Positions 8,944-19,762 of a stretch of 64,000 nt of DNA are shown here, piece after piece. The DNA is from Christensenellaceae bacterium. Lineage in GTDB: Bacteria > Bacillota > Clostridia > Christensenellales > Borkfalkiaceae. Where the stretch lies: positions 1,135 to 65,134 of the forward strand of contig JALEKY010000003.1 of assembly GCA_022768945.1 (NCBI GenBank), read 5' to 3'. The first letter of the stretch is position 1. The number at the start of each line of letters is the position of its first letter. A program made the position numbers and the translations under genes. The notes beneath the pieces are model-generated. The model was not told the origin of the DNA. It saw nothing but the letters and a program-made list of their open reading frames with translations, and ran no database searches.

Positions 8944-9597
8944 ATGGATTATTATTCATCACCGAAAGAACTGTATAACAGGATTTCGGGCAAAAAAGAC
9001 GTCAATATAGCCGATACGGTAATGATTGTCGTAATATTTTTGCTGATGATTGTTTTGTTTTTAAAAACGTTCGTTTTTACCACCGTTTTCGTAAGCGGCA
9101 GCAGTATGGAAACGACGCTTACCGACGGTGATTTTTTAATTGCCGACACTTTAAAAGCAAAACTCGGGAGCTACACCTACGGCGACGTTATCGTCGTCGA
9201 TACGGGTATCCTTACAGAAAACGGCGATACGAAGAAAATCATAAAAAGAATTATCGGGCTGCCCGGCGACGTTATCGAAATAAAAAACGGATACGTTTAC
9301 CGTAACGGAGAGATTTTAAACGAGGAATATCTTACGCAAAAAACATACGTCGAAGACTATCGCGTTTCGCCGGATATTTACACCGAATTTCCCCATACGG
9401 TGGGCGAGGACGAAGTGTTTTTTCTCGGAGATAACAGACGAGTCAGTCTCGACAGCCGCAGATACGAGTATTCGCGGATAAAGAAAAGTCAGATATTCGC
9501 GGTGGTTCCGGAGTGGTCGATAAGGCACAAGAATTTTATAAAAAAGTACTACGGTTTCCTTTATTCCGTAAGGGGAAACAACTCAATCGGCGATTAA
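8944..9597 (+). CDS. lepB: signal peptidase I
   Basis: I moved the start to MDYYSSPKEL (ATG 8944). It has a TM helix, the catalytic Ser box GSSMETTL, the IKRIIGLPGD Lys box and GDNRRVSLDSR. Confidence 0.85.
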   Translation: MDYYSSPKELYNRISGKKDVNIADTVMIVVIFLLMIVLFLKTFVFTTVFVSGSSMETTLTDGDFLIADTLKAKLGSYTYGDVIVVDTGILTENGDTKKIIKRIIGLPGDVIEIKNGYVYRNGEILNEEYLTQKTYVEDYRVSPDIYTEFPHTVGEDEVFFLGDNRRVSLDSRRYEYSRIKKSQIFAVVPEWSIRHKNFIKKYYGFLYSVRGNNSIGD

Positions 9598-9664
9598 AAT
9601 TCGGTAGTCAATCAGGCTATACCGTCGCAGAATAAAAAAAGAAACAGGAGTAGATTAAACTATA

Positions 9665-10513
9665 ATGGAAAAGATAAAAATAATATCCGACAGCACGTGC
9701 GATTTGACAAAAGAAGAAGTTGCCTCGTTGGGCGTCGAAATTGTTCCCGTAGAGATTATTCTCGGTTCGGAATGTCACCTTGACGGTGACGGAATAACTT
9801 CGGAAAGCGTTCTCGAATACGTAAAAAACACCGGAGAACTTCCGAAAACCGCGGCAACGAACAGCGAGAGATACGAGGAAACTTTCAAAAAATTCGTTGA
9901 TGAAGGCTATAAAGTCATTCACTTCGATATTTCGTCGAAGTCGTCGTCGATGTATTTTAATGCGGTCGCCGCAGCCGAGAAGTTTAACGGAAACGTTTTC
10001 GTAGTGGACAGTATGGCTTTGTCTTCGGGACAGGGGCTTCTCATTATGAAAACGTGCGATTATATAAAAGAAGGGAAATCTTTCGACGAGATTTGCGAAA
10101 TTTTAAAGGAACTCCCTAAAAAAGTTCAGACTTCTTTCGTCGTCGATACTCTCGAATTTTTACACAAGGGCGGCAGATGCTCGCTTACTTCGCTTATGGG
10201 GGCGAAAGTATTAAAACTGCACCCGTATATTTCTATGGTCGACGGGCAGCTCAAAGCAAAGAAAAAGTACATGGGCGGCATGGCTAAGTGCCTTTCGCAA
10301 TACGTTCACGACGTAGCCGAAGAGTACAAAAGTTACGATAAAACGAGATGTTTCGTAACTCACAGTCCGTCCGATCCCGAGCTTGTAAAAATAGTTATAG
10401 ACCTCGCCAAAGAACTTTTCGATTTCAAAGAGGTAATAGAAAGCACCGCGGGCTGCACGGTAACTTCGCATTGCGGTCCCAATACAATAGGTATTTTATT
10501 TATAACGGAATAA
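9665..10513 (+). CDS. DegV family fatty-acid-binding protein
   Basis: 282 aa. It shows the N-terminal KIKIISDSTCDL and the overall DegV pattern, including HKGGR. Confidence 0.85.
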   Translation: MEKIKIISDSTCDLTKEEVASLGVEIVPVEIILGSECHLDGDGITSESVLEYVKNTGELPKTAATNSERYEETFKKFVDEGYKVIHFDISSKSSSMYFNAVAAAEKFNGNVFVVDSMALSSGQGLLIMKTCDYIKEGKSFDEICEILKELPKKVQTSFVVDTLEFLHKGGRCSLTSLMGAKVLKLHPYISMVDGQLKAKKKYMGGMAKCLSQYVHDVAEEYKSYDKTRCFVTHSPSDPELVKIVIDLAKELFDFKEVIESTAGCTVTSHCGPNTIGILFITE

Positions 10514-10550
10514 GCCGAGAGCGGATTCTCGCGCGGTTTTTGGAGATACG

Positions 10551-11057
10551 ATGATAAAACCGATATGCTTCGGTTTCGGAAGCACAGTAAAAATTATAGA
10601 TTCGTTCTTTCAATTCATATGGAATATAATAAGAACGCTCAATATTCAGCTTTTGCTTACCGTATGCGCGCTGTGGTTTATACTTGCTAACGTTTTACCG
10701 GGCGAAGCTCTTACTACCGCGTTCTGGGTGATTTTCGCCGTTCTTGCCGGAATTTCCGCGGTATACGCAATCGCCGCAACGCTGTATTCTTTCGTAAGGT
10801 ATCTGAGGGAGTCTTCGAAAAAATCTCCTATGAAAAAAGAGCCGGTCGAAATTTCTATTAAAGACGTTACCGAAGAGGAAAAGCCGGTTTATTTCAGAGT
10901 GGCGCAGAACCCGAAATACGTAATGGCGGAGTATTCGGACAGATACGAGCTTTATTACGACAACGACGGCGAACTTCAATTCGTAAAAATCACGCCGAAG
11001 CAAAAAGATAACCCGGGTAACGGAAACCCGAACAACGGAGAAAAACAAAATGACTGA
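10551..11057 (+). CDS. hypothetical membrane protein
   Basis: 168 aa with two predicted TM helices and an acidic/Asn-Gly-rich tail. A GGAGA RBS lies upstream. I recognise no domain. Confidence 0.5.
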   Translation: MIKPICFGFGSTVKIIDSFFQFIWNIIRTLNIQLLLTVCALWFILANVLPGEALTTAFWVIFAVLAGISAVYAIAATLYSFVRYLRESSKKSPMKKEPVEISIKDVTEEEKPVYFRVAQNPKYVMAEYSDRYELYYDNDGELQFVKITPKQKDNPGNGNPNNGEKQND

Positions 11058-11598
11058 AATATATTCCGCCATTGACCTTGAAAAAGCCAAAAAACAAAAG
11101 AATAACTGCCTTGCTGTATTTTTCTCGGTGTCGCTTGTATATCTTGCCGCCGCTGTTTTTATGCTTGTATATTTTATACTCGAGCCGTACGGTACTACAA
11201 AACGAACTCCGCTTATTATAGGCGAGTGTGTGCTTACCGCCGTTTACGTGATATTTATCTACATTTTTATGGCGATTAAATTCGCAAGAGTAAAAAATTA
11301 CGTAAAACTTCTCGATAATCTGATAGGCAAAAACGTAACGAAGAGCATTGCTTCCTTTATGCGTTTTAACGGCGAAACCACGGTAAAGGACAGAGTCGAT
11401 TTTACGTCGATGACGTTTGTGGAGTGGTCGGAAAAGGAAAAAGACTATATGGAACGCCACGTTCTTCTCGATAAAGAAAAAGCCCGCCCGGATTTTCGTC
11501 CCGGCGACGAAGTGATTCTTTACACAAGAATGAACATTCTCGTTTCTTACGAAGTGGCGGAAAGGACGGTTCTCGAGGGAACGCCGTTCGAAAATTAG
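11050..11598 (+). CDS. hypothetical membrane protein
   Basis: 182 aa with two TM helices followed by a soluble C-terminal domain. It overlaps the preceding gene by 8 nt and has a GGAGA RBS. Confidence 0.5.
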   Translation: MTEIYSAIDLEKAKKQKNNCLAVFFSVSLVYLAAAVFMLVYFILEPYGTTKRTPLIIGECVLTAVYVIFIYIFMAIKFARVKNYVKLLDNLIGKNVTKSIASFMRFNGETTVKDRVDFTSMTFVEWSEKEKDYMERHVLLDKEKARPDFRPGDEVILYTRMNILVSYEVAERTVLEGTPFEN

Positions 11599-11660
11599 GG
11601 AATAATTTTAATACTCCGCGGGCTTTTCGCGAAGACGCAATATAAAAAAGGAGAAATGAT

Positions 11661-13436
11661 ATGTCCAAGAACAGAAGTGAAGTAAAAAAGGAATATTTAT
11701 GGGCGACGGAAGATATGTTCGCCTCGCTTAAAGAATGGAACGACACGTTCGAAAAGGTAGATAAAGCCATCGATTTCAAAAAATATCAGGGAAAACTCGG
11801 AAACAAAGCCGATTTTCTCGCTTTCTGCAAGGAAGAAGAAAAGGTTTTGTACGATTTCGAAGTTTTGTCCGTTTATGCATTTATGAAGCATGACGAGGAT
11901 GCGGGCAATTCCGAATACGTATCTCTTTTGTCGAGAACGAACGACCTCGGAATGAAGTTTTCGTCAGAAACGGCTTTCGTCGTTCCCGAACTTACCTCTT
12001 TAAGCGAAGACGTTCTGAACGGTTATATAGCCGATCCCGAGATGTCCGACTACGACTATATGCTTAAAAACGTTCTTAAGGACAAAAAGCACGTTCTTTC
12101 AGAGGAAGGAGAGCAGATACTCGCGCTCGGCGGAAAGGTTTTCGGCGGATTTAAGGAAATTTTCGGAATGATAGACAACGCCGACCTTAACTTCGGTGAA
12201 GTAACGGTAAACGGCGAGAAAGTCAAACTTTCGCACGGTACTTACTCCGTTTTACTCGCGAACAAGGATCAGAAAGTTCGCTCGGAGGCGTTCAAAACTT
12301 ACTACAAAGCGTATATTAACTTTATCAACACGATTTCTCAGACGTACGTGGGGAACGTTAATAAAGACGTTTTCCTTGCTCGCGCGAGAAAATACGGCAG
12401 CTGTCTCGAGGCGGCTCTGTCTTCGGAAGACGTCGACGTAAAGGTATATGACAACCTTCTTGCTTCCGTTGAAAGCGCTCTCCCCGCAATGCACGATTAT
12501 ATTCGCACGAGAAAGCAGGTTTTAGGTCTTAAAGAGCTTCATATGTACGATTTATACGTTCCGATAGTAGAGGGTGCGGAACTCAAACTCGATTACGAAG
12601 AAGCGTTTAAACTCGTTAAGAAAGGTCTTTCTCCGCTTGGAGAAGAGTACGGCAAACTTCTTCAGCGCGCGCACGACGAAAGATGGATCGACGTAGAAGA
12701 AACAAAAGGTAAACGCAGCGGCGCGTACAGCATAGGCGTTTACGGAATGAAGCACCCGTACGTTCTTTTGAACTATCAGCCGACCACGCACGACGTTTTC
12801 ACGATTGCGCACGAACTCGGTCACGCAATGCATACCTATCATTCCAACAAATATCAGCCGCAGGCAAAGGCGGACTATAAGATATTCGTTGCGGAAGTCG
12901 CAAGCACGGTAAACGAAGTATTGCTTTTAAAGTACGTTCTCAAAAACTGCACGGATAACAAACTTAAAAAGTATTTGCTTTCTTATTATATGGATATGAT
13001 AAGAACGACGCTTTTCCGTCAGACGATGTTTGCGGAATTCGAATATATCGCGCATACGGACGCAGAAAACGGTAAGCCTTTAACAAAGGACAGCATGAAC
13101 GCCGCGTATCTCGCGCTCAACAAAAAGTATTACGGCGACGGCGTTATTCACGACGACGAAATCGCTTACGAATGGGCGAGAATACCTCACTTCTACCGCG
13201 CGTTTTACGTTTATAAATACGCGACCGGTATCATTTCGGCTATTTCAATTGCGGAAAGAATTTATAACGAGGGCGAGGTAGCGGTAAAGGATTACTTTAA
13301 ATTCCTTTCGTCCGGCGGCAGCGATTCTCCCGTAGAACTTTTAAAACTCGCGGGTGTAGACCTGACGAGCACAAAGGCTTTCGAGGCTGCTATGAATTCG
13401 TTTAAAGCGACGCTCGAAGAGTTTAAATCTCTGTAA
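11661..13436 (+). CDS. pepF: oligoendopeptidase F (M3B metallopeptidase)
   Basis: 591 aa with zinc motif HELGHAMH and an M3B-type C-terminal region. Confidence 0.85.
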   Translation: MSKNRSEVKKEYLWATEDMFASLKEWNDTFEKVDKAIDFKKYQGKLGNKADFLAFCKEEEKVLYDFEVLSVYAFMKHDEDAGNSEYVSLLSRTNDLGMKFSSETAFVVPELTSLSEDVLNGYIADPEMSDYDYMLKNVLKDKKHVLSEEGEQILALGGKVFGGFKEIFGMIDNADLNFGEVTVNGEKVKLSHGTYSVLLANKDQKVRSEAFKTYYKAYINFINTISQTYVGNVNKDVFLARARKYGSCLEAALSSEDVDVKVYDNLLASVESALPAMHDYIRTRKQVLGLKELHMYDLYVPIVEGAELKLDYEEAFKLVKKGLSPLGEEYGKLLQRAHDERWIDVEETKGKRSGAYSIGVYGMKHPYVLLNYQPTTHDVFTIAHELGHAMHTYHSNKYQPQAKADYKIFVAEVASTVNEVLLLKYVLKNCTDNKLKKYLLSYYMDMIRTTLFRQTMFAEFEYIAHTDAENGKPLTKDSMNAAYLALNKKYYGDGVIHDDEIAYEWARIPHFYRAFYVYKYATGIISAISIAERIYNEGEVAVKDYFKFLSSGGSDSPVELLKLAGVDLTSTKAFEAAMNSFKATLEEFKSL

Positions 13437-13504
13437 CATATAAACAAAAGCCGCGTTTATCGCGCGTTATCGATGTATTTTTTTAAAACAAAAGAGGTTG
13501 TTTA

Positions 13505-15121
13505 ATGGCAGTATCGAGAGTGCTTCCGCATAACCTCGAAGCGGAACAATCCGTTCTCGGGTGCGTGCTTATGGATCAGGAGCTTCAGTCGGAACTTCTG
13601 ACGGAGCTTAAAGAGGGTGACTTTTACAACGAATCGCATAAAACGATTTTCAACGCTATGTGCGAAATATATAACCAAAGCAAACCCGTAGATTTGATTA
13701 CGCTTTGCGATAAGCTCGACGGCGACGGGAAGCTCGAACAGGTCGGCGGTATTTCTTACGTAACCGACCTGACAGGCGTTATTCCGTCTACGGCGAATTA
13801 TCGTTCGTATTTCGATATAGTTCGCAGGGACGGCATTTTGCGCGCCCTCATTCGCAGCGCGAATAAAATTCTGGAAGATTGCTACGGCTCGTCGGACAGC
13901 GATGCGTCTCTTTCTCTTGCGGAGAAGTCCATTTACGATATTTCCGCCGAAAACGATACTTCTACCCTTTCGCTATTGTCCGAAAAGCTCGGGGACGTTT
14001 TACATAAATTCGAGGAAATAGGAAAAGACAGCAACGCGTTCGCGGGGCTTAAATCCGGCTTTATCGAGATGGATAAATTTACCAACGGCTTCCGCAGGGG
14101 CAATCTGATTATACTTGCGGCTCGTCCGTCGAACGGTAAAACGACTCTCGCGATGAACATAGTGGAAAACGCGGCTATTCAAAGCGACGCGGTTTGCGCC
14201 GTTTTCGCCCTCGAAATGACAAAGGAAGAACTTGCCCAACGTATGCTTTGCTCCATAAGCGGAGTAGATAACGGCAGAGCCATTCGCGGTCAGATAGACG
14301 AAGAAGGCTGGCAGAAACTTTGGGCGGCAAGGAAAAAACTTTCTGACAGAAAGATATTCGTAGACGATACGTCGATTACCACGCCGGGCGAAATTCTCTC
14401 CAAATGCCGCAGACTTAAAAGCAAGCAGGGCAGACTCGATCTTATCGTTGTCGACCATATTCAGCTTATGGAAGTTCAGAAAGGCGGAACTAAACGCGGC
14501 GACAATCGTCAACAGGAAATAACTCAGATTTCACGTAACTTAAAAATGATAGCCAAGGAACTCGACGTTCCGGTAATCGCGCTTTCTCAGCTTTCCCGTC
14601 TCGTAACTAACAGAACGGGGCAAAAGCCGGTGCTTTCCGACCTTCGTGAATCCGGTGCCATCGAGCAGGATGCGGACATCGTTATGTTTATTCACCGCCC
14701 GGATAAGGTAGCTGAGGAAAGCGAAATAGCCAAGGGCAAGGTAATGAAGAACGTTGCCGAAATTCTTATAGAAAAGAACCGTGCCGGTTCGACCGGTAGC
14801 TTCGAACTTCTCTTTAAGGGTGGCAATACGAAATTCGTCGACTTGCCGAAAGATTATAAATCTCAGTTCGAAACCGTCCAGACCGGAGGCGGAAGAGATA
14901 TGCCTCCCGCCCCGGAAGACATTGACGACGCTCCGTTCGATCCGGATAACGCGACTTCTTTCGCTCCTCCCGAAGACGAGGGAACGTTTACTCCTCCCGA
15001 CGACGTTTTCGACGCAAGCGAACTTTTTGAAAAAATGCCGAAGGGCGAAAGAGGCTCGACCGAACAAAACGGCGATAACGATATAAAAGTAGGTCAGACC
15101 GATATAAACGATATTTTTTAA
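13505..15121 (+). CDS. dnaB: replicative DNA helicase (DnaB family; DnaC in Bacillus nomenclature) with a ~90-aa acidic/Pro-rich C-terminal tail
   Basis: It has the N-terminal PHNLEAEQSVLGC, Walker A ARPSNGKT, Walker B VVDHIQLM, and the SQLSR and ESGAIEQDAD motifs. Confidence 0.9.
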   Translation: MAVSRVLPHNLEAEQSVLGCVLMDQELQSELLTELKEGDFYNESHKTIFNAMCEIYNQSKPVDLITLCDKLDGDGKLEQVGGISYVTDLTGVIPSTANYRSYFDIVRRDGILRALIRSANKILEDCYGSSDSDASLSLAEKSIYDISAENDTSTLSLLSEKLGDVLHKFEEIGKDSNAFAGLKSGFIEMDKFTNGFRRGNLIILAARPSNGKTTLAMNIVENAAIQSDAVCAVFALEMTKEELAQRMLCSISGVDNGRAIRGQIDEEGWQKLWAARKKLSDRKIFVDDTSITTPGEILSKCRRLKSKQGRLDLIVVDHIQLMEVQKGGTKRGDNRQQEITQISRNLKMIAKELDVPVIALSQLSRLVTNRTGQKPVLSDLRESGAIEQDADIVMFIHRPDKVAEESEIAKGKVMKNVAEILIEKNRAGSTGSFELLFKGGNTKFVDLPKDYKSQFETVQTGGGRDMPPAPEDIDDAPFDPDNATSFAPPEDEGTFTPPDDVFDASELFEKMPKGERGSTEQNGDNDIKVGQTDINDIF

Positions 15122-16116
15122 TGAAAACACTTGTTTTAAAACCGGATAAAGAAAGTCTTGCCATTGCTGCAGACATAATAAAAAGCGATGGACTTGTAGC
15201 GTTTCCCACCGAAACGGTTTACGGGCTCGGCGCGCTTGCAACGAGCGGGAAAGCCGTTAAATCCGTCTACGAGGCAAAGGGCAGACCTTCAGATAATCCG
15301 TTAATCGTTCACGTTCATAAAGACTATGACATATCCGAACTCGTCTACGACGATTTCCCGTATGTCGAAAAACTAAGAAAAGCTTTCCTCCCGGGACCGC
15401 TTACGCTCGTTTACAGAAGCAAAGGCATGGTTGCAAGCGAAGTCAGTTGCGGACTCGACAGCTTAGCGATAAGAATTCCGTCTGACGAAAACGCTCAGGC
15501 TTTTTTAAGAGCTTGCGACGTTCCCGTTGCCGCGCCGTCCGCGAACGTATCGAAACACATAAGCCCCGTTACCGCCGAACATGTTTACGAAGATTTAAAC
15601 GGAAAAATACCCCTTATTCTCGACGGCGGGAGATGCTCGGGCGGAATAGAAAGTACCGTTTTGGACGTAACTACCGAAACTCCGCTTATACTTCGCAGCG
15701 GACTCGTTACGTCAGAAATGATAAAAAAAGTCGTAGGTAAATGCGAGTATGCTCAGCATAAAGAGGGAGACAAAATTAAATCTCCCGGCGTTAAATATAA
15801 GCATTATTCACCGAAATGTAAAACGAAATTTTTTGAAAGAAAAGACTTGGATAAAGCGGTTGAAGAGTATAAAAGTGCCTTAAATCGCGGCTTAACGCCG
15901 ATAATTTTGTGCGATGACGAAATAAAAAGTCAACTTATGAACGTTAACGCCATCGATATAGGCAAAACATCCAAGGAGCTTGCGGAAAACGTTTATGAGG
16001 CTCTTCACGAAGCCGAAAAGATTTCCGATTTCATCATCGGAATAGAACTTGTCGGAGACAGCGAGATAGACGTCGGCGTTATGAACAGGTTCTTTAAAGC
16101 GACAAGAGACGACTGA
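15121..16116 (+). CDS. tsaC: L-threonylcarbamoyladenylate synthase (Sua5/YwlC type, with a Sua5 C-terminal domain)
   Basis: 331 aa with FPTETVYGLGA, KGRPSDNPLIVH and APSAN motifs. Its ATG overlaps the helicase stop codon. Confidence 0.85.
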   Translation: MKTLVLKPDKESLAIAADIIKSDGLVAFPTETVYGLGALATSGKAVKSVYEAKGRPSDNPLIVHVHKDYDISELVYDDFPYVEKLRKAFLPGPLTLVYRSKGMVASEVSCGLDSLAIRIPSDENAQAFLRACDVPVAAPSANVSKHISPVTAEHVYEDLNGKIPLILDGGRCSGGIESTVLDVTTETPLILRSGLVTSEMIKKVVGKCEYAQHKEGDKIKSPGVKYKHYSPKCKTKFFERKDLDKAVEEYKSALNRGLTPIILCDDEIKSQLMNVNAIDIGKTSKELAENVYEALHEAEKISDFIIGIELVGDSEIDVGVMNRFFKATRDD

Positions 16117-16137
16117 AATAATTAAACGGAAGAGAAT

Positions 16138-16596
16138 ATGAAAATTTTGTTCGTTTGTACGGGCAACACGTGCCGCAGTCCCATGGCGGAATACATTTTG
16201 AAAAACCTGCTCGAAAAAAAACTCGTGAATGCGGAGGTCGGTTCTGCCGGAACGGCAGCACTCGATGGCGGAGGAATGAACACCTTTGCCGCGACGGTGT
16301 TGTCTTACCACGGAATTAACGCAGGCGATTTTTCATCTAAGAAGTATTCGCCCGATATGGCGAAAAAATTCGACGTTATAATTTGTATGACTCCTTTAAT
16401 CGCAAAATCGCTCAAAACGAATAAGGCGACTGATTTTTCGAGTCTTTACGGTTTTTTTCCGATTGCCGATCCGTACGGTTGCGGTTTAAGCGAATACGAA
16501 AAAACTTTCGAAACTCTTTATTCGGCATGTAACCTGCTTTGCGAGGAAATCGCAAACGGCACTTTGCAGGCAAGAATAAAAAACATAAAAAAATAA
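16138..16596 (+). CDS. low-molecular-weight phosphatase (YwlE-like protein arginine/tyrosine phosphatase)
   Basis: It has the P-loop VCTGNTCRSPMAE. Its position after sua5 and before rpiB matches the Firmicutes ywlC-ywlE-ywlF order. Confidence 0.8.
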   Translation: MKILFVCTGNTCRSPMAEYILKNLLEKKLVNAEVGSAGTAALDGGGMNTFAATVLSYHGINAGDFSSKKYSPDMAKKFDVIICMTPLIAKSLKTNKATDFSSLYGFFPIADPYGCGLSEYEKTFETLYSACNLLCEEIANGTLQARIKNIKK

Positions 16597-16630
16597 TAAT
16601 AGGGCTGCTTGCCCGTAAAGAGGTAATAAC

Positions 16631-17080
16631 ATGAAAATTGCACTCGGCTGTGACCACGGCGGTTACGCATATAAAACGGAACTTATCGAATATCTTAATA
16701 AAAAAGGATGCGAAACAATCGATTTCGGTTGTTTTTCCGAAGACTCGTGCGACTATCCCGATTTCGCGCTTCCCGCTGCGGAATGCGTTAAAAACGGCGA
16801 CGCGGACTTCGGTATTCTCATTTGCAGCACGGGCATCGGAATAAGTATCGCCGCAAACAAAGTTCCCGGTATTCGTTGCGCGCACTGTCACGACGTTGTT
16901 TCCGCGGGACTTACGAGAAATCACAATAACGCGAATATGCTTGCGTTCGGCGCAAAAATTATTTCTAAAGAACTTATGTACGAAATCGTCGATAAGTTCT
17001 TATCGTCCGGTTTCGACGGCGGCAGACATCAGAGAAGAGTGGATAAAATAACCGCAATAGAGCAAAAATACTCTAAGTAA
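16631..17080 (+). CDS. rpiB: ribose-5-phosphate isomerase B
   Basis: 149 aa with MKIALGCDHGG and CSTGIGISIAANK motifs. Confidence 0.85.
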   Translation: MKIALGCDHGGYAYKTELIEYLNKKGCETIDFGCFSEDSCDYPDFALPAAECVKNGDADFGILICSTGIGISIAANKVPGIRCAHCHDVVSAGLTRNHNNANMLAFGAKIISKELMYEIVDKFLSSGFDGGRHQRRVDKITAIEQKYSK

Positions 17081-17104
17081 ATTTCGTTCAATCCGATAAA
17101 AAGG

Positions 17105-17133
17105 TTGACAAATCTAATTCGATATGTTAGTAT
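17105..17133 (+). promoter_or_regulatory. sigma-A type promoter for upp (TTGACA-17-TAGTAT)
   Basis: The -35 is an exact consensus at 17105-17110. The spacer is 17 nt and the -10 lies at 17128-17133. Confidence 0.55.
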
Positions 17134-17139
17134 TGATTT

Positions 17140-17909
<770 letters not shown>

Positions 17910-18141
17910 CAACCTTGTATTCCGAGTCGCTGTCGGCACGGAGTAGACGAAAAATAAGAAAAAGCCGATAAAAACATGTCGGTAGATCCTGAAGCGCCGG
18001 GTAAAATTGCCCGACGCATTAGGCGTTTATGCGAACAATTCTTTTGAGAAAAAGAAGTATAACGTTACTTCGTTTACTGTTTTCTGTGGAGAAAACATCG
18101 TAATTTCTTCAAACATAAATATAGATGATAGGAGAGTTTTA

Positions 18142-19017
18142 ATGAGAAAAGTTAAAAAAGCCGTTATTCCCGTGGCGGGTTTCGGTATGAGATTTTTACC
18201 TTTTACGAAAGCGGTACCAAAAATGATGCTGCCGATTATCGATACCCCCGTTTTGCAATACATTGTTGAAGAAGCCGTCGACAGTGGAATAGAGGAAGTC
18301 TTGTTCGTAGTCGGTCAGCACTCGGAGATAATCCGCGATTATTTTTCCGAAAACGCAGAGTTGAACGCAAAACTCGAAAACGAAAAATATAAGGCTTTCA
18401 GGGAAAAGGTCGAAAAAGTCAACTCGATAGCAGAGTATTCTTTCGTCGTTCAGGACAAACAGCTCGGCACGGCGCACGCGGTTGCGCTCGCAAAAGAATT
18501 CACTGCGGGCGAGCCGTTCCTTTTGATGTTCGGAGACGATCTGATGTTCAATGCAGAAAAGCCCGTTTCCCTTCAGCTTATCGAAGCCTACGAAAAGACC
18601 GGTAAAACGGTTATCGGTTGTAAAAAAGTTCCTCTTGCAGATGTGCCGAAATACGCTTCCGTAGAGTACGACTCGTGCGACGGAAGAATATACAATATGA
18701 CGAAGATAACCGAGAAACCGCCGATAGAAAAAGTAAAGTCCAATCTTTCTCCGCTCGGCAGATACGTCTGTGATTCGGATATTTTCGATTATATCGAAAA
18801 AATAGGAAGAGGCGCGAACGGGGAATATCAGATTACCGACGCTTTCGATCTGCAGGCTAAAGATTCTCGCGTGGTCGCGCTCGAATTTGAAGGAAAACGC
18901 TATGATACGGGCGATAAATTCGGTTACGTTCAAGCGTTTGTCGAATATGCGTTGAGAGACGAAGAATTCGGTGAAAAGACATTAAAATATCTTAAAGAAC
19001 TTATAAAGAATGATTAG
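18142..19017 (+). CDS. galU: UTP--glucose-1-phosphate uridylyltransferase
   Basis: I moved the start to MRKVKKAVIPVAGFGMRFLP (ATG 18142, AGGAG RBS). VPKMMLPIIDTPVLQYIVEEAV matches GalU/GtaB. Confidence 0.85.
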   Translation: MRKVKKAVIPVAGFGMRFLPFTKAVPKMMLPIIDTPVLQYIVEEAVDSGIEEVLFVVGQHSEIIRDYFSENAELNAKLENEKYKAFREKVEKVNSIAEYSFVVQDKQLGTAHAVALAKEFTAGEPFLLMFGDDLMFNAEKPVSLQLIEAYEKTGKTVIGCKKVPLADVPKYASVEYDSCDGRIYNMTKITEKPPIEKVKSNLSPLGRYVCDSDIFDYIEKIGRGANGEYQITDAFDLQAKDSRVVALEFEGKRYDTGDKFGYVQAFVEYALRDEEFGEKTLKYLKELIKND

Positions 19018-19762
19018 CGAAAGGTTTATTCGCACCGCTATGCTTATAGGCGAGGATAGCGTTGAAAAATTGAATAATTGCAATGTGCTTGTTTTCGGCG
19101 TGGGCGGCGTAGGCGGATACGTGGTAGAAGCTCTTGCTCGCGCCGGAGTCGGTTCGTTCACCGTCGTCGATAACGACGTAGTGGCGCTTTCCAACATAAA
19201 CAGGCAGATTATCGCCACAAGCGAAACGGTTGGGAGAGATAAAACGGAAGTTATTAAAGAGCGAATTCTTTCTATAAATCCGGAAGCGAAAGTTGACGCT
19301 CGCAAATGCTTTTTTATGCCCGAGAATGCCGACGAATTCGATTTTTCCGCATACGACTACGTTATTGACGCTGTCGACACGGTTACAGCTAAAATCAAAA
19401 TCGTCGAAAAGGCAGTTCAAGCCAATGTTAAGGTAATTTCATCGATGGGTACGGGGAATAAAACGGAGCCGTCGCTCTTCAAAATTTCCGATATATCGAA
19501 GACGAGCGTTTGCCCACTTGCAAAGGTGATGAGAAGAGAACTGAGAAATCGCGGAATAAAACATCTTAAAGTGTTGTACTCTACCGAAAAAGCTCATATG
19601 CCGCTTTTTCAACCCGAGGTCGATTTATCCGAAAACGACGATTGTTCTGTTAAGAATGAGAAGAAGAGGAGAAAACAAACTCCCGCAAGTATCTCTTTTT
19701 GTCCGTCCGTTGCGGGGCTTCTCATCGCGTCGGAAGTCGTAAAAGATATGCTTGAGTTATGA
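19010..19762 (+). CDS. tcdA: tRNA threonylcarbamoyladenosine dehydratase (ThiF/E1-like, TcdA/CsdL family)
   Basis: 250 aa with Rossmann motif VLVFGVGGVGGYVVEALARAGVG, NINRQ, and a C-terminal hydrophobic segment. It overlaps the end of galU. Confidence 0.75.
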   Translation: MISERFIRTAMLIGEDSVEKLNNCNVLVFGVGGVGGYVVEALARAGVGSFTVVDNDVVALSNINRQIIATSETVGRDKTEVIKERILSINPEAKVDARKCFFMPENADEFDFSAYDYVIDAVDTVTAKIKIVEKAVQANVKVISSMGTGNKTEPSLFKISDISKTSVCPLAKVMRRELRNRGIKHLKVLYSTEKAHMPLFQPEVDLSENDDCSVKNEKKRRKQTPASISFCPSVAGLLIASEVVKDMLEL

